Shown here: positions 32,478-34,680 of the stretch, piece by piece
Layout: the number at the start of each line of letters is the position of its first letter
Position numbering within the stretch: the first letter of the stretch is position 1
DNA from: Candidatus Woesearchaeota archaeon
GTDB taxonomy: Archaea > Nanobdellota > Nanobdellia > SCGC-AAA011-G17 > GW2011-AR17
Assembly (NCBI GenBank): GCA_964473075.1
Contig: CAYYMN010000006.1
Location: forward strand, 1 to 34,680
Length of the DNA: 34,680 nucleotides
Direction of reading: 5' to 3'
Translations under genes and position numbers: made by a program
Notes under the pieces: generated by a model
Databases searched by the model: none
The model's input: only the letters and a program-made list of their open reading frames with translations
What the model was told of the DNA's origin: nothing

Positions 32478-33341
32478 ATGGAAAAATTGAACGAAAAGAA
32501 AAGAAAATGGATTATTAGCCAATTTAGAATTGGCAGAAGTGCTACCTCGATAGCAAAGATACAAAAAATTTGTCGACAAATGGTTTACAAACTTGTTGCA
32601 AAATATAAAAAAGAAGGCAAAGAAGCATATAAGACAAAAAAAGTTGGACGACATTCCAGAACATTAAATCCTCTTTTTGTTGAAAAAGTTATTTTTTTAA
32701 GAAAGAGAGATGATTATGGAAGTGAAAAGCTCCATTTTACTCTGAAAAAAGAAGGTTTTAGTGTTTCTCGAAGACAAATACAGAAAATCCCTGACTCACA
32801 AGGATTAACAGATTCTTGTGAAAAACGAAGAGGACAGAAAAAATATGTTAGATATCAATGGCCTATTAGTAATTATATGTGGCATGTCGATTGGTCAGAA
32901 TATAAAGGAAAACAATATTGCATTTTTATTGATGATCGAAGCAGAAAAATAATGGCTTCTGGAGAGTTTGATAATGCAACTACAGACAATGCAAAGTTTG
33001 TGTTATATCAAGCTATACTGGAAAACGAAGTTTGTCCAGTAATAATTCTTAGTGATAAAGGCCCACAATTCTATGCAAATAAATATGACAAAACAGGAAA
33101 GAAAGGAATATCTGAATTTGAACTTGAACTCGAAATGCTTGGTATCGAGTTCTGGACATCGAGAAGAAATCATCCCCAAACAAATGGTAAGATGGAAAAA
33201 TGGTTTGACACAATGAAAAAGCGTTTCAAAAAACATCCCAAAGAAAATTTACAAGATTTTGTAAAGTGGTACAATAAAGTTAGAATACATCATGCTTTAG
33301 ACTACAAAACACCAGAAGAAATATATCAAGAAAAACTGTAA
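32478..33341 (+). CDS. DDE (rve/integrase core) transposase, IS481-like
   Basis: It has an N-terminal HTH region, then WHVDWSEY, CIFIDDRSRKI, LSDKGPQF, HPQTNGKMEKWFDTMK and YNKVRIHHALDYKTPEE. The ATG at 32478 is preferred over the GTG at 32469. Confidence 0.8.
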   Translation: MEKLNEKKRKWIISQFRIGRSATSIAKIQKICRQMVYKLVAKYKKEGKEAYKTKKVGRHSRTLNPLFVEKVIFLRKRDDYGSEKLHFTLKKEGFSVSRRQIQKIPDSQGLTDSCEKRRGQKKYVRYQWPISNYMWHVDWSEYKGKQYCIFIDDRSRKIMASGEFDNATTDNAKFVLYQAILENEVCPVIILSDKGPQFYANKYDKTGKKGISEFELELEMLGIEFWTSRRNHPQTNGKMEKWFDTMKKRFKKHPKENLQDFVKWYNKVRIHHALDYKTPEEIYQEKL

Positions 33342-33363
33342 ACTAATTTCGAGCTTGTAAACG
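33338..33363 (+). repeat. internal extra copy of the IS end (better match to the left IR than the true right end)
   Basis: TGTAAACTAATTTCGAGCTTGTAAAC is the reverse complement of the left IR, with 1 mismatch over the first 23 nt. It overlaps the transposase stop codon. Confidence 0.6.
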
Positions 33364-33489
33364 AATTTCGGGATTATACGCTTTATCGCCTAAGAAATTA
33401 GATGATAAGCCCATAATTAGTTGACAAAATCAAATTTGAACTTAAGGAGGTTCCTTTTATAAACTTTAAAAAGCAATTATATACTCTAG

Positions 33490-33517
33490 AAGTGACAACT
33501 AGTTTCGGACTTATTCA
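33490..33517 (+). repeat. right terminal inverted repeat of the IS
   Basis: Its reverse complement TGAATAAGTCCGAAACTAGTTGTCACTT matches the left IR at 20 of 28 positions. It directly abuts the right copy of the target duplication. Confidence 0.6.
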
Positions 33518-33680
33518 CCATCATAGGTAGTTCTTCTTCTAATCTAAAAACGGGTCTTCTATTATTATATTTTGGATCAACTAAAATCACTGCAGTTTTC
33601 TCTGGTTGTGAAGCATTGGTATCTTGACAGAAATTCGCCAAAATTACAGGGAAGAGTATATTTTCTAATTTCATTTTCAT
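33518..33680 (-). pseudogene. isochorismatase-family gene, 5' fragment
   Basis: It encodes MKMKLENILFPVILANFCQDTNASQPEKTAVILVDPKYNNRRPVFRLEEELPMM, then runs into IS sequence (VNKSETSCHF, stop). TAVILVDP is the expected first strand plus Asp. LPMM is encoded by the duplicated target sequence. Confidence 0.6.
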
Positions 33681-33830
33681 TACTTTATAGAGGCAATTAG
33701 TATTTAAAGTTTTTGGAATTTAGCAATAGACCCTTATATGTTACAATACAAGCTTACCGGCTGTGCACATAAATATCGTCTTGCACATAAAATAGAAGAA
33801 AATAAAATTGTAATTCAAGAAAAGTAAAAA

Positions 33831-33977
33831 TTAATGTTTGGCTAATTCTTTCAAAAGATGTTTATCTTCTCTTAAAACAACTTCACTTGCAATCTTAACT
33901 AATTCTAATATTTTCTTATCATTTGCAGATATTTCATATACCATTTTTTTAGTTTTTTTTATTTGTTCCATTCTCAT
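33831..33977 (-). CDS. small helical protein (48 aa) translationally coupled downstream of the Doc-like gene
   Basis: Hand translated as MRMEQIKKTKKMVYEISANDKKILELVKIASEVVLREDKHLLKELAKH. Its ATG forms an ATGA overlap with the Doc-like stop (33974-33977). Confidence 0.35.
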   Translation of the reverse strand: MRMEQIKKTKKMVYEISANDKKILELVKIASEVVLREDKHLLKELAKH

Positions 33978-34567
33978 TCTCTCTCTTTCTCTCTTAATAT
34001 ATGCGTAACGACAACTTTATTTAAATAATTTTCTATGTCTTTCTCATCAATATTTAGACAATTTTCTCGTATCCACTTTTGAATATCATCTAAAGTAATT
34101 TTACTTTCATATTCTGCAACTTTTAATATAAAGCCAACAGCATCATTATATTCTGGGTTTAAATGACATTTATTGATTAACATAAATATTTTAGCAAGGA
34201 CATAAGCTGTTCTTTTATTCCCATCAACAAAATGATGTCTTCTTGCAAATTCATGTAAAATAAATGCCCCAATAGGTATAGGATTATTTTGATGTCTTGC
34301 TTGGTTATTAATTAATTTAGAGGTTGAATTATATAATCCTCCCTCATCTCTTATCCCTTTTTCTCCTCCACTTAATTTAATTATTGCATTATGAATACCA
34401 ATAATTGTTTCTTGAAGTTTTAAGACAAATTGTTTTGAGGTTTTTCTTCGGGGTTTATTCCAATATGGACTATTACATTTAGGGCAATTTTTTGGTTTTT
34501 CTTCCTTTCTCCTATTCCATGTATGATAACATCGAAAGCAAAAAGATTTTTTTAGTTCTTGTATCAT
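33974..34567 (-). CDS. Fic/Doc-family protein (Doc-type motif) with an N-terminal zinc ribbon
   Basis: HHFVDGNKRTAYV matches the Doc variant HxFxDGNKR of the Fic motif. The N-terminus has CFRC...CPKC (a zinc ribbon) followed by a basic linker. Confidence 0.7.
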   Translation of the reverse strand: MIQELKKSFCFRCYHTWNRRKEEKPKNCPKCNSPYWNKPRRKTSKQFVLKLQETIIGIHNAIIKLSGGEKGIRDEGGLYNSTSKLINNQARHQNNPIPIGAFILHEFARRHHFVDGNKRTAYVLAKIFMLINKCHLNPEYNDAVGFILKVAEYESKITLDDIQKWIRENCLNIDEKDIENYLNKVVVTHILREKERE

Positions 34568-34680
34568 TATATCTACCTATATAGTCATTATTACCGATAT
34601 ACAACTATATAAACTTACCTATTTTATGGTATTGTTACTTTAACGTATGATTTATATACTAGTTTGTCTTCAAAGTTAAT

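Larger units (their letters stand above)
32414..33517 (+). mobile_element. IS481-like insertion sequence (1104 bp) with a 15 bp target-site duplication
   Basis: It is flanked by identical CCATCATAGGTAGTT at 32399-32413 and 33518-33532. The terminal inverted repeats begin with TG (20 of 28 matches). It carries a single HTH-plus-rve DDE transposase ORF. Confidence 0.75.

Noticed and set aside
33764-33791. The direct repeat TGCACATAAA twice, 18 bp apart, between the Doc-associated small ORF and the isochorismatase-family promoter.
   Set aside because: There are only two 10 bp copies with no dyad symmetry and no recurrence elsewhere in the window. It could be a regulator site, but the evidence is insufficient.
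1-34680. A search by eye for tRNA, rRNA, CRISPR arrays and box C/D sRNAs in intergenic regions.
   Set aside because: I found no GC-rich cloverleaf-sized islands, no regularly spaced direct repeats and no convincing UGAUGA...CUGA pairs in the short intergenic spacers. Absence cannot be proven without tRNAscan/Infernal-type searches.

Overview
This looks like an AT-rich archaeal chromosomal segment. It carries archaeal ribosomal protein operons (L1-P0-P1 and L7Ae-S28e-L24e-ndk), an archaeal-type GluRS, and GGAGG Shine-Dalgarno sites before most genes, mixed with apparently leaderless genes. The small-genome flavour suggests a DPANN-like (Pacearchaeota/Woesearchaeota-type) organism, but I cannot verify taxonomy from this window. 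I found no rRNA, tRNA or CRISPR array. Six regions stand out. (1) An ~10 kb NAD salvage island at 11145-21429: a tightly packed minus-strand operon of pncB, pncA, nadE, Nudix, an NMNAT-like gene, a Ser/Thr kinase, a vWA protein, a truncated pyruvate-kinase-like protein, nadK and a deoxyribosyltransferase-like gene. Several of these genes are joined by ATGA overlaps. Beside the operon sit a divergent NrtR-like Nudix-wHTH regulator and an NMNAT-like/methyltransferase fusion. Three copies of an AGTGT-N7-ACACT palindrome lie upstream of pncB. (2) A surface module at 4167-8881: a tandem-HTH protein, a ~1240 aa N-terminally anchored protein with ~900 nt tandem repeats and many glycosylation sequons, and a mini archaeosortase-like membrane protein. 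(3) A CheY-like receiver gene interrupted by one in-frame TAG. (4) A K-turn-shaped hairpin that sequesters the L7Ae ribosome binding site. (5) An IS481-like element with a 15 bp target duplication that splits an isochorismatase-family gene. (6) Two toxin-like modules (GNAT, and zinc-ribbon-Doc) plus a VKOR gene with an overlapping Cys-rich micro-ORF. All functional calls rest on motif recognition by eye in the translations. No database search was run.
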